Assembly (NCBI RefSeq): GCF_009914755.1
Contig: NC_060931.1
DNA from: the human T2T-CHM13v2.0 reference genome, Homo sapiens
DNA length: 64,000 nucleotides
Reading direction: 5' to 3' (one strand)
In this document: piece after piece, positions 25,338 to 44,860 of the stretch
Layout of the letters: every line of letters begins with the position of its first letter
How positions within the stretch are numbered: the first letter of the stretch is position 1
Position numbers and translations under genes: made by a program
The notes under the pieces: generated by a model
Database searches by the model: none
Seen by the model: only the letters and a program-made list of their open reading frames with translations
What the model was told of the DNA's origin: nothing

Positions 25338-25654
25338 GAGCTCAGGTGCAGTGGCTCACGCCTGTAATCCCAGCACTTTAGGATCCCGGGGGCAGGTGGA
25401 TCACTTGAAGTCAGGAGTTTGAGATCAGCCTGACCCAAATGGCAAAACCCCATTTCTACTAAAAATACAAACTTTTTTTTTTAGTAGAAAAAAACATTTA
25501 TATTAGTGGGCATGGTGGCACACTCCTTTAACCCTATAAGGGTGAGTCAAGAGAATCACTTGAACCCAGGAGGCAGAGGATGCAGTGAGTTGAGATCACA
25601 CCACTCCAGCCTAGGTGATAGAGCGAGACTTCTTCTCAAAAAAAAAAAAAAAAA
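25338..25654 (+). mobile_element. Alu (AluS) with rearranged linker
   Basis: Sense dimer with an inverted duplication in the middle A-rich region. Confidence 0.9.
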
Positions 25655-26289
25655 GAGTATTACAAAACTCTTGTTTCCTTACACTTACCATTTATGAATA
25701 GTTTAATGAAATATGTTATTTTTAGAAACATGTTTCATTTTGGCATGTAAAAAACTGGCATCTCATTAATTTGATATGCATTTTAGTAACTATTTAGTTA
25801 ACTTGGTTTTATATATGTTTAGTGTACTACTTTTTGAATTGCCTAATCATGTCTTCTGCTTATTTTGCTATTCAATTATTTAACGTTTTACTGATTCATA
25901 TGAGCTCCCCATTATAGTAACCACTTGTCCAAAATTATATATATATCTCCATTGGATTCCAGTGTTCATTCTCAATGTTTTTGAGAGAAAAGGAGTTCCT
26001 CCCTTCTAAAGATTTCCACTCTCTAAAGAGCTTAAATAATTACCAATTACTAAAACACAATTAGGGAAGTTTAAACATTGTCTAATTGAACTTTATTTGT
26101 GGAAAATAAATGTTCTCACCTTTCCATTATTATTTAACCATGTATAGAAAGGAGCCCATACATTCTGGGCTGATAAATTTCTCTTTTAAAAAAGGGAAAA
26201 TGTATTCTGTCAAAGAGGGTACCAAATTCCAAGTTCACACTGCACTTTGCTAAACACATTGCCTTTGTGTTGCCTGTGTTCTCTCTGAA

Positions 26290-26745
26290 ACACAGAGCTG
26301 CTCACATCACGGCCTTGTTCCAAAACATTTGATGGCTTATAGCAGCCAACACAACCGATCCCCCATTCATTTTTCCAAGGTCAACACCTCTTACTATCAC
26401 AACTCTATACAATATTTCCAAACTCTACTCTCTACTCACACTCCACTTCTTGTCCTACTCTGTCCTCGAATAAGCCTCATATTTTTATACTCCAAGGCCT
26501 GTACTTAAACTGTTTTTTTTTTCCTAAATGTACATTTTCCCTGTCCCACATCTTTCTCCTCCACATGGCAAACCCTGCACATTTGAGGGCATCACTTTCT
26601 CTTTCCACTTGAATGGTCTCCACTTGTTCTTGCTGGTTGTGAGGCACTGGTGAGTTTTAGAACTGGAACCATATTTTATCCATCTTTGCAGTTCTAGAGC
26701 CTTGCACCAGGGGTAATTGTCAAAAAATGGTTCCCAATGCAAGCT
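26290..26745 (+). mobile_element. L2 3' fragment (highly diverged)
   Basis: attttatccatctttgcagttctagagccttgcaccagg resembles the L2 3' end. Confidence 0.4.
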
Positions 26746-28119
26746 TGCTGATGGTGATATTCAACAGATGAGAAAATGAGCCAGAATGCCTGTCTACTAA
26801 TCCAGATTGCTTTTCACTATTATTTTGCTAAAACTCCCCCATTGTCATCAGCAAAATAACAATGATAATAATGATACTAGTACTAAATACACAAGATAAG
26901 TCAGTTATAACTGAGCTGGTAGCATGCATGACTTAAATTCTCTATTTACTGCTAGTTTCAAAATAGTCCTTATCCACAGATAGGAAAAAACAGGAAACAG
27001 ACCCTCAAGTGCCTATCACAATGCAAACTCTTCCAATTCTAAAACTTGTTCAGGCATGTTCATAAAATAAACGAGGCACACTGGTGACCCCCATCTCAGA
27101 CACACTCTAAGAGAGATAGAAGGTCTTCCTCTCACTGTCCTCCACTATACGTGACTCCTCCTGCTTCAAAAACAACAACAAAATAATATCTCCCAGAGGC
27201 TATCACACTTGAACTTGGACAAATTTTTAGATTTGATTAGTAATTAGGTCAATACAGTTGTTGCCCTTACTTGACCCATATCACATGTTATAAACCTCTT
27301 GGGATCATCCCAATACAAATTCTGAGGCAAAACTTTGAGTTTCTTATTATGTAAAATCACAATAACCTCTTATAACATAAAACAATGGACCTGTTCTCAG
27401 GGCATTGGCCCTACCCAAACAAAACTAAATTTCCCACACACTTATAAAGTTTACAGCTTCAAATCTCTTCAAAAGTAGGCTATATATGAGTCTTTGAACA
27501 GGGCTGAGCACTTTCAGTGAGGTTAAAAGTCAGTGTCCACAGGGAAGGTTTTGAAAGACAGGAGAGTCCCCCACTATCCACCACACAGAAGACCATTAGA
27601 ATGTTAAGAGTCCACGCCCACTTCTCCACTTCTAGGACATCTCCCACCATGTGAAAGACCATCTCCATTCCACACTCTAGCCTTTCCAATCAGAGCAGGG
27701 TAAAAATTCAGTCTTTGGCAGGACTTGTCCAAGGTTTCACTCTAGTTTGCCACTGGATCTCACTCTGCCAGCCTTCTGCTTTAGTATCTTGTTGACCTCC
27801 CCATTTCTAAGGGCACACAAATCCCAGTCAGTTCTTTCATGTACTAACACCACCTCTGCAAGCCCCTCACTCCACAAAACATCCCTCTCACTTCCTGACC
27901 ATCACAGAAGTAAAGGTCTAACTTATGTTTTCAAATACTAGCTAGAATGTGCTGTAATCTATTTCTGGAAGCCAGAACCCTGTGCTGGCACACTTCTTTT
28001 TCTCTCTTGGTGTGTCCATCTTTTCCCTTGATGTGCCTCATAGGGAGGACTCTGCACACAGGAGGTTATCAGTTAGTGTTTGCTTGGTGAATGGATCATG
28101 ACTCTATGGCAGGTAGTCT

Positions 28120-28330
28120 GGAAAGGGTCAGAAGCACAACCCTGGAGACACACTTAACAGTTTGAGTTCTAATAGCTGGCTGCCTCTCTGGGTCTCTTTC
28201 CTCATCTGAATCCTGAGGATAATAATTACATCTACATCTCTGTGTTAAGGAGTTGTTGTGGTGAATGAATGAGATGATGCATGAAAAAAAATTAGGATGC
28301 TGGTAGCTAGCGCTCAATAATCATTAGATC
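28120..28330 (+). mobile_element. MIR
   Basis: Core tttcctcatctgaatcctgaggataata...gttgttgtggtgaatgaatgagatgatgcatg...gcgctcaataa. Confidence 0.6.
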
Positions 28331-28694
28331 TTCTGACTTCTGCTCCTACTGCTATCATGCTGAGTGTGTTTCTACATAAAAAAGCTAACAACAAACAAAG
28401 GGTAAAAATTAAAGTATGAGTTTAGGTTCTTGACTTGTCAAACTGGAGTCCTACTGGGGTAATAAGTCTAGCACAGGAAGAAGAGAAAATGAAATACTTT
28501 ATTTCTGGTTTATCTGATTTAAAGCAAATACAGGCAGGTCTGGTTAAAAATGCTTTTCATCAAAGTTTGTCTGTAACTAGGATGTTGTAGGTTAAACTTA
28601 TTTAAAAGTAGTCTAGACAGATTCATTTGTAATATAAGCATGTCATAGTTTCTGGCGTTTAGGACTGGATTTCTGTTTGTTTGTCCAATTATTG

Positions 28695-29031
<337 letters not shown>

Positions 29032-29095
29032 TAGCTACTATCAGACCTCCTAGAGACAAGCTGGTCCAATGAGCTTTTACACAATTTCATTTACT

Positions 29096-29858
<763 letters not shown>

Positions 29859-30690
29859 ACAGTGGTTTTGAGTGTGCAAAGAATGAGCATATCACAGACA
29901 TGCTTAAGACACATTACATGGCCTGGCTTACCTGATACAATTTTTAATTTCTCTAAAGTAAACTCACTAAAATTTGAAAACATATATTTCTTTAGTAACT
30001 TATTTCATTAATTTTCTCAGGGACTTTACGGAAAACATATTCAACTTTCATTCATTTAATCTTACCGCAATAAATGATCTAACATATTTAGAAGACAGAG
30101 TATATAAGGTGTGCCCATACCCAAAGCATAGAAAACTCAACACACCAGGGCCTTGAGGAAGCCAACACTAGAACAGTACAAATACACAATTTTCCCTAAA
30201 ATGGAGAGACTAGTGCTCACTGGGGCCCAAAGGGATGTTCAGGTTGCATCTGTCAGGATTGACACCATAAAAGAGAACTTTCTTTGGAGCACAGTGGGGC
30301 TTACTTGAGGTTTTGGTGAGTCATTTGGATGACATCAGAGACAAGCATTACCCCAAATGAGAGTCACGTTAAGACTTCCATGTGAGATTGTCTTAGAGGA
30401 TTGTGGCCCAGTTCACACATAAGAGGATGGCTGTGCAGCCCAGGGAGACAGATATCTTCTCTCAGGAGCAGAAATCTTCATGTAAAAGATGGCCACTTGC
30501 TGAGTAGTTGAAGCACGCCCTGATGGAACTCTCTGGGGGTCAGATTGCACACTGTCTCTTGAGTTGCATAAAGCACAGAACAACATGTCTGCACTCCAGC
30601 TTCTAGCATTTACCAACTCGGCAGAAAACACATCATTGTCTATCTCATTCCAGAAAGATCTTATTTGCCGGGGGAAAAAAAAGTGAATTA

Positions 30691-30987
30691 GGCCAGGTGC
30701 GGTGGCTCACGCCTGTAATCCCAGCACTTTGGGAGGCCGAGGCAGGCGGATCATGAGGTCAGGAGTTCGAGATCAGCCTGGCCAACATGGTTGAAACCCC
30801 GTCTTTACTGAAAATACAAAAATTAGCTGGGCGTGGTGGTGGGTGCCTGTAATTCCAGCTACTCAGGAGGCTGAGGCAGAAGAATCACTTGAACCCAGGA
30901 GGCAGAGGTTGCAGTGAGCTAAGATCACACCACTGCACTCTAGCCTGGGTGACAGAGCAAGACTGTCTCAAAAAAAAAAAAATAAAA
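30691..30987 (+). mobile_element. Alu (AluSg-like)
   Basis: Sense dimer; TSD aaaagtgaat. Confidence 0.95.
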
Positions 30988-31535
30988 GTGAATGAATATA
31001 GTAGGAACCCAAGGACTGTCTAAGGGTAGGTAGTAAGTCTGCCATCACCAGAAGTATTTAAATGCTGGCTAGACAATCACACTGTGGGAATAAGTTTCAC
31101 TCTTTGTAAAAGGGGTAAATCTTTTTCTTTGGCACCCACAGATCTAGTGAAGATCTTAGCATACAGTAGATACACAGCAACTTTTGTTTACTAAATAAAC
31201 TTTATTTTCATACAGATTACTGGTAAGCAAAATATTGATATAACTCTAAGACATTAAGGATATCAGAAGACCATTCATGTTCTTTATGGGGTTCCAATTA
31301 AGAAATAAGTTGAAAAATCAGGCAAAGAAAGGAGTTCTGATGCTCCTAAGTAGCATCAGAACTATTCTGATGGACTTAAGCCATTGTAAGAGTCCCAGTT
31401 TGATTCCTACCAAAAGTCTCTTTCCATGAACATTATGCTTACAATCAGACAGATATAAAGCACCACTAAAGCAAACACAAACTCAAACACTCTTAAAATT
31501 TAGGTGTACATCTCATTTGAAAATTATTCAAAAGC

Positions 31536-36000
<4,465 letters not shown>

Positions 36001-36309
36001 GAAAACTATTCAAAAGCTCAGGCAATCTATAAGAAATCTTTTCTTTGCCTCTTAGTATCAAGAAATTAAAAAGAAAGGAGAAAAAGAAGTGGGTAGGAGG
36101 AAACCATTTAATTATTTTAACAGGTAAGATAATAACATTGATTTTTCTCTGTTACATAAGAACTTTTCATGCTTCATCCATGCCAGGTACATAATTTTTA
36201 ACCAACTAAAACACATTACAAGTAAAGAAAAAGCTAAAAACATAAAAAACATGTACATAACTCTTTAAAGGGTAGGGAACATGCCCTGTTCATAAACATT
36301 GCTTAATCC

Positions 36310-37450
<1,141 letters not shown>

Positions 37451-37755
37451 TAATACGGTTAAGACTTATTTTTTCTCTTAAAAAAGAAAAAAATGCTTTA
37501 GATAAAGGCCACATGGTGTACCTGTGTCAGATGCAAATAAGACCTCAGGAGTCTGCCTGAAGAAACTTAAAATAAAAGATCCTTTCATCAAAAGGTTACT
37601 TGTTGGATGGTGTAACAAGTTAGGAATGGGTGCAGCACCTGTACCAGCTCAGTGAGATTCATGTTCCCATCACATAACAAACACGTGTCTGCCATAAGGG
37701 CTTAGAGTGTGAATTTCTGATGAGAAATAAAATGGTATCTAGAAAACCCCAGAGA

Positions 37756-38483
37756 GGGTTCCTCCCCTGGCTCATGGGGAGGCAGGCTCGGCCGGGCCCG
37801 CGGAGCTGCAGCAGTCCTTAGCGCCCTCCTCGCCCTCCCCACTGACATCATGCTCCAGTTCCTGCTTGGATTTACATTGGGCAATGTGGTTGGAATATAT
37901 CTGGCTCAGAACTATGACATACCAAACCTGGCTAAAAAACTTGAAGAAATTAAAAAGGACTTGGATGCCAAGAAGAAACTCCCTAGTTCATGAGACTGCC
38001 TCCAGCACTGCCTTCGGGATATGCTGATTCTACTGCTCTTGAGGGCCTCCTTTACCATCTGAACTAAAAGTTTTTGTTTTTATCTCCAGCCTCAGTGCTC
38101 CTCTTCTTTGCTAGACTCTGTGTTTTTTGCTTTAGCGCAAGCAAAATGGGGCCCCAATTTGAGAACTACCCTACATTTCCAACATACTCACCTCTTCCCA
38201 TACTCCCTTTCTAACTGCATGGGAGGTTCTAAGACTGGAATTATGGTGTTAGATTAGTAAACATGACTTTTAATGAGTAGTATCTTCTTTATTGTTTCCG
38301 ATTTTTACTACATTTTGTCAAGAGAAAAATTAATGAGTTTTGTATAGCTGGTCAGATACAAATAATAGTGACTTTGACTTCACAGTTTAGCCATTATAAT
38401 GGGTACTTGTTCAACATTTGGTACTAAATTATGTTGCTGCAAAGTAATTAAAATTAATATCTAGAATAAAAATAAAAAAGAAA
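37756..38483 (+). pseudogene. STMP1: STMP1 (C7orf73) retrocopy with GC-rich 5' UTR, 3' UTR and poly-A
   Basis: Intronless; 15-bp TSD agaaaacc(c/t)cagaga at 37741-37755 and 38484-38498; attaaa followed by an A-rich tail. Confidence 0.93.
37850..37993 (+). CDS. STMP1: Intact 47-aa ORF, STMP1-like mitochondrial micropeptide (expression unknown)
   Basis: [47 protein letters not shown]; A at -3; below the ORF-track length cutoff. Confidence 0.6.
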   Translation: MLQFLLGFTLGNVVGIYLAQNYDIPNLAKKLEEIKKDLDAKKKLPSS

Positions 38484-38998
38484 AGAAAACCTCAGAGAAT
38501 GACATTCTATATACCAGTATATATAGCATCGGTGGCATTTTTTAAAGTATCACACATCCAGCAAATCCTTTAAAAAACAAGACACCCTAATATGCAACCA
38601 GTTTAGCCATATTTTTAAGAATGATAAGACAGTGTAACTTCATGTACCTGAAATGGAGCACAGGATCCTTTCGAAGGAATTCATACCCATTCCTGCAGAA
38701 GTTCTGTGGAATCTTGAATGTAGCACTGAACTAAGTGATTTTTGTTTTTTCAAAGAGGTTTCAGCCAAGACTTTGGTCTCTAACCTCAGACTCCCTAATT
38801 AAACTATGGCTTCAAAACTGTACCTGCCTAATTTCAAGTGCTTTTTCAAAAGCACCAAATCTAGAGGATGCTTTTGACGAGTGTGAAAAAATGAAACACA
38901 ATCACATCCTTCTCTTTGCAGTTCTCTTTCCCTCACCTTCCACTTCTATTAAACTTCCTTCAGAATAATCGTGCACAGATTTAGAGACAAGTATGTAT

Positions 38999-39195
<197 letters not shown>

Positions 39196-39679
39196 CCCTC
39201 TCAAATATATGTGAGTGCACTGAAAACTCTGCCTTTGCAGAAATCATTTTAAGTTAAGACAGAAATTTCTCACTATTTTCAGCATCCTTATTCAACGGGC
39301 AGTTTGTTTCCATTGACTTTGAAAGGGCTAAGCTTAAATTTAAACTCTTAAAAACGAGAGATCAATTTTCTATTAATAAAAATCCCGGACAGGTTTTTCA
39401 ACCTATCAAATAGTTATATTTTTAATTCACCCTTCTATCTCTCTCTGCAACCACGATCATCACCACCCACAAAAGAAGAAGAAAATCCCTCCGATGTTCC
39501 CCAAGTATGTGCTGGTGCTAGCTCGGAAGCTGTGCAGAGTTTTGTAATGGAATGTGAATTGCTACGGCGGATCTGGATTTCGGTTCTATCTCCTAAGCAA
39601 TAAGCAGAGAGAGAGGACAAATCGGCTAAGCAGGAAATTTTCTTTCCTTCTCTACATAAACTGACTAATGCAAAGCTGA

Positions 39680-40080
39680 CAAGGGTCGCCAGCAGCACAT
39701 GGCACCTGCCAAGTGGCCCGCTGGCAAGTGTGTTCCGTGCTGGGTAAGTCTCCTCCCTTCCTGGAAAGGATAGCGCCCCGCTGAGCAGTGGGATCCGCCG
39801 CCAAGCCCCGGCCTCACAGTTGGCCAGGTAGTGGGTCACATCCTCAATGCGTTCTTGGCTCAGAAAACATGCCGCTTCCCAGGGAGGGAGTCGGCGACGG
39901 GAAGGACCTCACCCCTGCTTCTTAGCAAACATTAGGGTCGCAGTTTTCTAAGAGTGGGGAGGGGGCGAGGCCCCCCCCCGCCCGGCAAAGGCTGTTGCTA
40001 GGGGCAGAGGTAGCGACACTAGACTGTGGGCCGGTATGAGAGGAGGAAGGGAAGCCCCGCAACCAGCGACAAATTTTTCC
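39680..40080. promoter_or_regulatory. GC/CpG-enriched promoter-like segment
   Basis: Local CpG retention outside recognisable repeats; GC boxes (ggggagggggcg, ccccgccc); RFX X-box-like gttgctagg at 39994-40002. Confidence 0.5.
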
Positions 40081-40084
40081 AGCA

Positions 40085-40380
40085 TGGCGGGGGCGGTGGC
40101 TCAAGCCTGTAATCTCAGCACTTTGGGAGGCTGAGGTGGGCGGGTCACTTGAGGTCAAGAGTTGGAGACCAGCCTGGCCAACATGGTGAAACCCCTCTCT
40201 ACTAAAAATACAAAAATTAGCCGGGCATGGTGGCATGCGCCGGTAGTCTCAGCTACTCAGGAGGCTGAGGCAGGAGAATGGCTTGAACCCGGGAGGCAGA
40301 GGTTGCAGTGAACCAAGACCACACCACTGCACTCCAGCCTGGGTGACAGAGTGACACTCCTCCTAAAAAGAAAAAAAAAA
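40085..40380 (+). mobile_element. Alu (AluS)
   Basis: Sense dimer. Confidence 0.94.
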
Positions 40381-40991
40381 TGAACAGTGGGAGAAGGACA
40401 CCTGCCTTTTTTCCGGGTTCACCATGGCACCCAGCACCTAGCCCCCCACCTCATGCAAGGAAGGTGCACTCCACACCAACAGTTTTCAGTAAAACATGCA
40501 CCCTGCCAATGGAAGTTCAAAGAACAATAGGTGACCCCATGACCAGGCCCTGGCCCCCCTTCTTTCCTGGGTACCTTAGGTGGTAGTCAGTCACACCACA
40601 ACTGCCAGCCAGGACAGAGCCGGGATGCAGCGCTGCCTGCTGCCCCCTTGGCGCCGCCAATGTCCTCTGCCCAGGAGGATCAAAGTCCACAGAGCAGAGC
40701 ACAGCAGATGCTCCTACCAAGCACCTTCGCAAGAGCACCCCAGGAGGCCGCCTCCTAGCTGGCACCCCGATACTTTGTGGCTGCAGTGGAAAGCAGACAC
40801 CCTAGTCTCCAGGCTTCCCTGTCAGGGAGGGACTGGAAAGAACATAAGAGAAAAGTTCCTCCTTCCACAGGGGGAAGGATGCCAGGACAGAAGGTGGGGA
40901 GTAGCGTCAGGAAGATGTTTCTGCCCTACAAGACTTGCACCATCGAATCCTACAAAAAAATATAAATTCACCCTAGTATTCTGGGAAGCCA

Positions 40992-41615
40992 GAAGCCCCT
41001 ATTTTAACTGAAGGCCACAATGACGTTTTGGATCCCCTGGAATTAACATCAGCTCAGAGCCAGTGTCCAGTAGTCCCCAAAATGTCTGGACATTTTCCTT
41101 TCCCAAATGCACAGTTACCCTGGTAAAGGGCCGGAGGTCTCCTTGGAGAAGGATGGGAGAAAGATTCACTGCTTAAATTGTCGGTAATGTAGTGGAGTCC
41201 CCTCTCAAGACAACCCGGCCTCCCTTTCATTCAAGAGGTTCTGGGTCTGTAAACTGGCTAAAGTCTGGAAATTGATTGAGGCGCCATGATTCTCTGATTT
41301 TATAATTCAAATTAGTCATTTGTCCATTTGCCCTAGAAGTTTTCTCCTTATGTAAATTAAGTAAGAATGCAGTAGGCATCTTATCAGTTTCACTTCTAGG
41401 AACACGGTGTTTAATTAGCCAATGCCGGAGCTCTACACAAGTCAGACTATTCTGACTGCCATTTTGCCTCTGCTGTCCATTATGGTAACTACACCCACCC
41501 TGCCTTTGATGGCTGAGTGTCACCACTTGGTCCCTGCCACCTCGGGATCCAATTATTCCCATTGCATTTAAAATTTGTGGCTGAGTGACTGCAGTTCCCA
41601 CCATTAGATCTGACC
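40992..41615 (-). mobile_element. HERV-L (ERVL) internal fragment: gag C-terminus and protease
   Basis: GIIGSRGGRDQVVTLSHQRQGG...HWLIKHRVPRSE...NQFPDFSQFTDPEPLE*, then GLLDTGSELMLIPGDPK (aspartic protease DTG motif). Confidence 0.88.
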
Positions 41616-41629
41616 TCAATTGGATCATC

Positions 41630-41740
41630 AGATGGTAATTTGAAAAGGAAGTGATTACCTTCAGTTCTCTGAGTAGGAAGAAAAGAATTACCTCAATTAG
41701 ATGGTAATTTGAAAAGGAAGTAATTACCTTCAGCTCCCTG
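41630..41740. repeat. Two-copy tandem duplication, 69-bp period
   Basis: gatggtaatttgaaaaggaagt(g/a)attaccttcag at 41631 and 41700. Confidence 0.9.
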
Positions 41741-42989
41741 ATTTCTAGAATTTGTAATATTTCACCCCCTGCTTTTTCCTGGTCTGCAGCAGAGCATCTT
41801 CTGTTTCCGCTCTGCTCAGAGTCCACTTTCCCTTCCCTGACAACCAGCTTCACTGAGGCTGGTTTAAACCTAACACAAAACATTCTCACTAATTAATGAA
41901 TTCCCACAAGGAATTCCATATAGATATTGTATGATCTTAATCTTCTAAGACATGAAATATTTGTTTTCATCACAGGCAAGATGCAATGTAAATCCTATCA
42001 CATATATAGGTTATATACCTCTGAAATTCCTGAGCTATTTATTGAAATAGCATCTTTCAAGTTCTTTGTAGGAATTTTTTTCTGATTTCTGCACACAGAA
42101 TAGAAACAAAAACTGTACTAGGATTTTGATAGAAACAATGGGTGATCTAAAAAGATGAAAGAGCAACCACGTCTATCCCACAGCCACTGCTTGGTTTCAT
42201 GGGAAAAGTAGCTGGCCCACTTCAGAGCTAGGAGAAATGTCAAACACATGGAGAAATGAGAAGTGATGAAACATTGTGAGTCACCCACAACCTCCCTGCT
42301 TAGAAGATAATGGGATAGATGACTAGATGACAAGGAGAAAGATGAGAAGGTGCAAAGATGTCCAAGTCAAACTGCTCGACTGAACTTTTCTTAATGGAAT
42401 ATTTAAAAAGTGGTACAATAAAAAACTTTCTCCAATTTACAGTGAAAATTCTCTGTTCAGAAGTAAGTGGGGTAGAGACTGTTTAATGTGCGTAGATATC
42501 TTTATAACTTACATATTTTCTGTTTTCTACATATCTTGAGGGGCAGTGCTAAATGATGTGCAATTATCTGGGTTGTAAATATAAAACATACTTCCTCTTC
42601 CCTTGAATATAAAAAATCACTGTGGTATTAGTATATTTTTATAGATCATTGTTCAGAAGAAGGTTCAGCCCCCAGACACCCAGACATTCTTACTATAATG
42701 AACAGCAAGAGAAAATGTAGAGCTCAGTTTATCCAATAAACAAAAGGCTTAAAAGCCAAATTATGGCACAACTTAGCAGCCAAATTCTTACCAAGTACAG
42801 ACTTTTGACATACTGATCTCTCTCCAATTGCAACCGGGAACATGCACTTTGAATAATGTCATTTGAAATGATCACTTATTACCCTGTCCAGACACACTCC
42901 TTAGTTATTATTTGGAGGGTTTTCTCTTCCTCATGAGATGCAATGCAGTTCTTTTTTTACCTTCCTGCAGTTTGTCGCCTCTTCCCTAC

Positions 42990-43293
42990 AATCTCAGAGG
43001 AACTTTGTCTCAGGCCAATTGTTTGTTTCTTGAGTTCTTTCATTTCCCCTAAAAAATCAAGTGGTGCTCCTCTAAGTTACCTATATCTTCATCTCCCTCT
43101 TCCCTGAGAAGAGGGTGCTCTTTAAGTATCAAGAATCTGGCTCTTCTTGCAGTCTCATTTTTTGGCTGGCTCCTATGTTTATGCCTATTAATAAGGTTGT
43201 ATGTTTTTCTTCTCCTGTTAAGCTGTCTGTTGTCAGTTTGTTACTGCAGTGAACCTTTAGAGAAGAGAGTAGAAGCTTTCCTTCCACCCATAC
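42990..43293 (+). mobile_element. ERV1 LTR 3' part (MER34/MER39-like)
   Basis: aataaggttgtatg...tctcctgttaagctgtctgttgtcagttt...gaacctttagag resembles MER34-group U5. Confidence 0.5.
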
Positions 43294-43649
43294 TATAGAA
43301 CTATAAGGCAGAAAAGTTTAGAAATAATTTTCTATTTAAGTGGTGAAACTTCATACTTCATTTCTGATAAAGAACACAAAGGAAAAAAACTTATTTTTAA
43401 CCAAAAACTCTGTTGACATTCTATTAAATGAACACCAACCTATTTAATTTTCATAATGTTAATGGCAGTTTTTTAATAATTCTTATGCTAATAAATCTTT
43501 TCCCTGATTTTTTTTTAAAAAACCCAATATTCATAATGATAATGGCTTCTGATAAGATTCTTACACGGTTTGCTCAGGATTTAATTGTATGTCCTTGGAA
43601 ACACCTTAATTTTAAATATTTCTTTCAAGATGGTGAATTAAACAGAGAT

Positions 43650-44860
43650 AGCCATTCAATAGGTAGGACTAAACATATGCTGAGTCCTAAATTGAAAGAA
43701 TTAGAAATACATGCAACAATGGGAATAATTTCAGAAACATTGTGTTGAGCAGAATAAGGTAGACAGAAAAGAGTATCTATGTCATGGCCTGCATCTATAT
43801 ATGTGAAATTCCAGATTAATCAAAATTAACCTATGATGAGAAAGGGATTGGCTGGGAAGAGGAGAGTTTACTTTCTGGGGTGACATAATATTGTAGATCT
43901 AGAAAGGGGGTGAAGGTATGCTGGTTTCAAAGTTAGTAAACTCACACTTAAGATTTGTATATTTTCTTTTGTGTCACTGTTCCTTAGAAGAAAATTTTAT
44001 TTAAAAAAAATACTGAATTCCAGTTAACATTAGTCTTGCTAAACTATTCAGCATGAAGTATGTTGATGTCTCCAATTTAGTTGGAAATATATCTAAAATA
44101 AGATGGGGTGATGAGTGGATGGAGGAATGGAAAGATGGGTAGATACGTGTTAAGTCACGTTCATTAAAATGTTAACAAATCAATGCTGTATGTATGAACA
44201 TTTTTATAATAAAATGTTGACGGTAATTGCAAAACTCACTTGTCTCATGTCAGTAATTTTTCCTTTTAACATGAGTTCCAAAATAATTATTATTAATGTT
44301 CTACATGTTTGAACAATTTTATACACAATATCAATTGGATATTTTCCCTGTCAATTGATCATGGAGTTGCAAAATGCAAGGAGACACAGAGAAATCTTGC
44401 AGAGGTGCTGCTTTCTGGGTTTTGGTTTTCAGGACAAAGACCAAAAGGAAAAATTAAGCCTCATGTCTCTTTCTAAGGTAGAGGATAGACACACTGTCAC
44501 GTGACCATGCAAAAGAATTTTACTTAGTAATAAAAAAGAACAAACTATTAATATTTAAAACAATGTGGATCAATGTGAAAATGATTCTGCTGACTTTACA
44601 GAATCCACAACAACAAAAATACCTGTCCTGTATGATTGCATTACATGAAATGGCAGCTCAGGGTAAGGATAATAGAATGGAGGGAGGACAGATGAATTAG
44701 AAAGGGGGAGGAGAAAAGCTTGGAGAGGGAGGGATGTGTTTATTATCTTGAATCTGGAATATGGTGGTGCTTTCATTGCTGTATCTATGTGTAAAAGTCA
44801 GCAAACTGTATTCTTTAAAAAGATGCTATTTACTATACAGGACATTACACAACTTAAACT
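43650..44860 (+). mobile_element. L1ME-type 3' UTR fragments
   Basis: tacatgcaacaatgggaataatttcagaaacattgtgttgag, gtaaactcacacttaagatttgtatattt. Confidence 0.55.

Noticed and set aside
40636-40660. Possible CTCF site (ctgcccccttggcgcc)
   Set aside because: Only a partial match to the core; not supportable without a matrix score or ChIP data.
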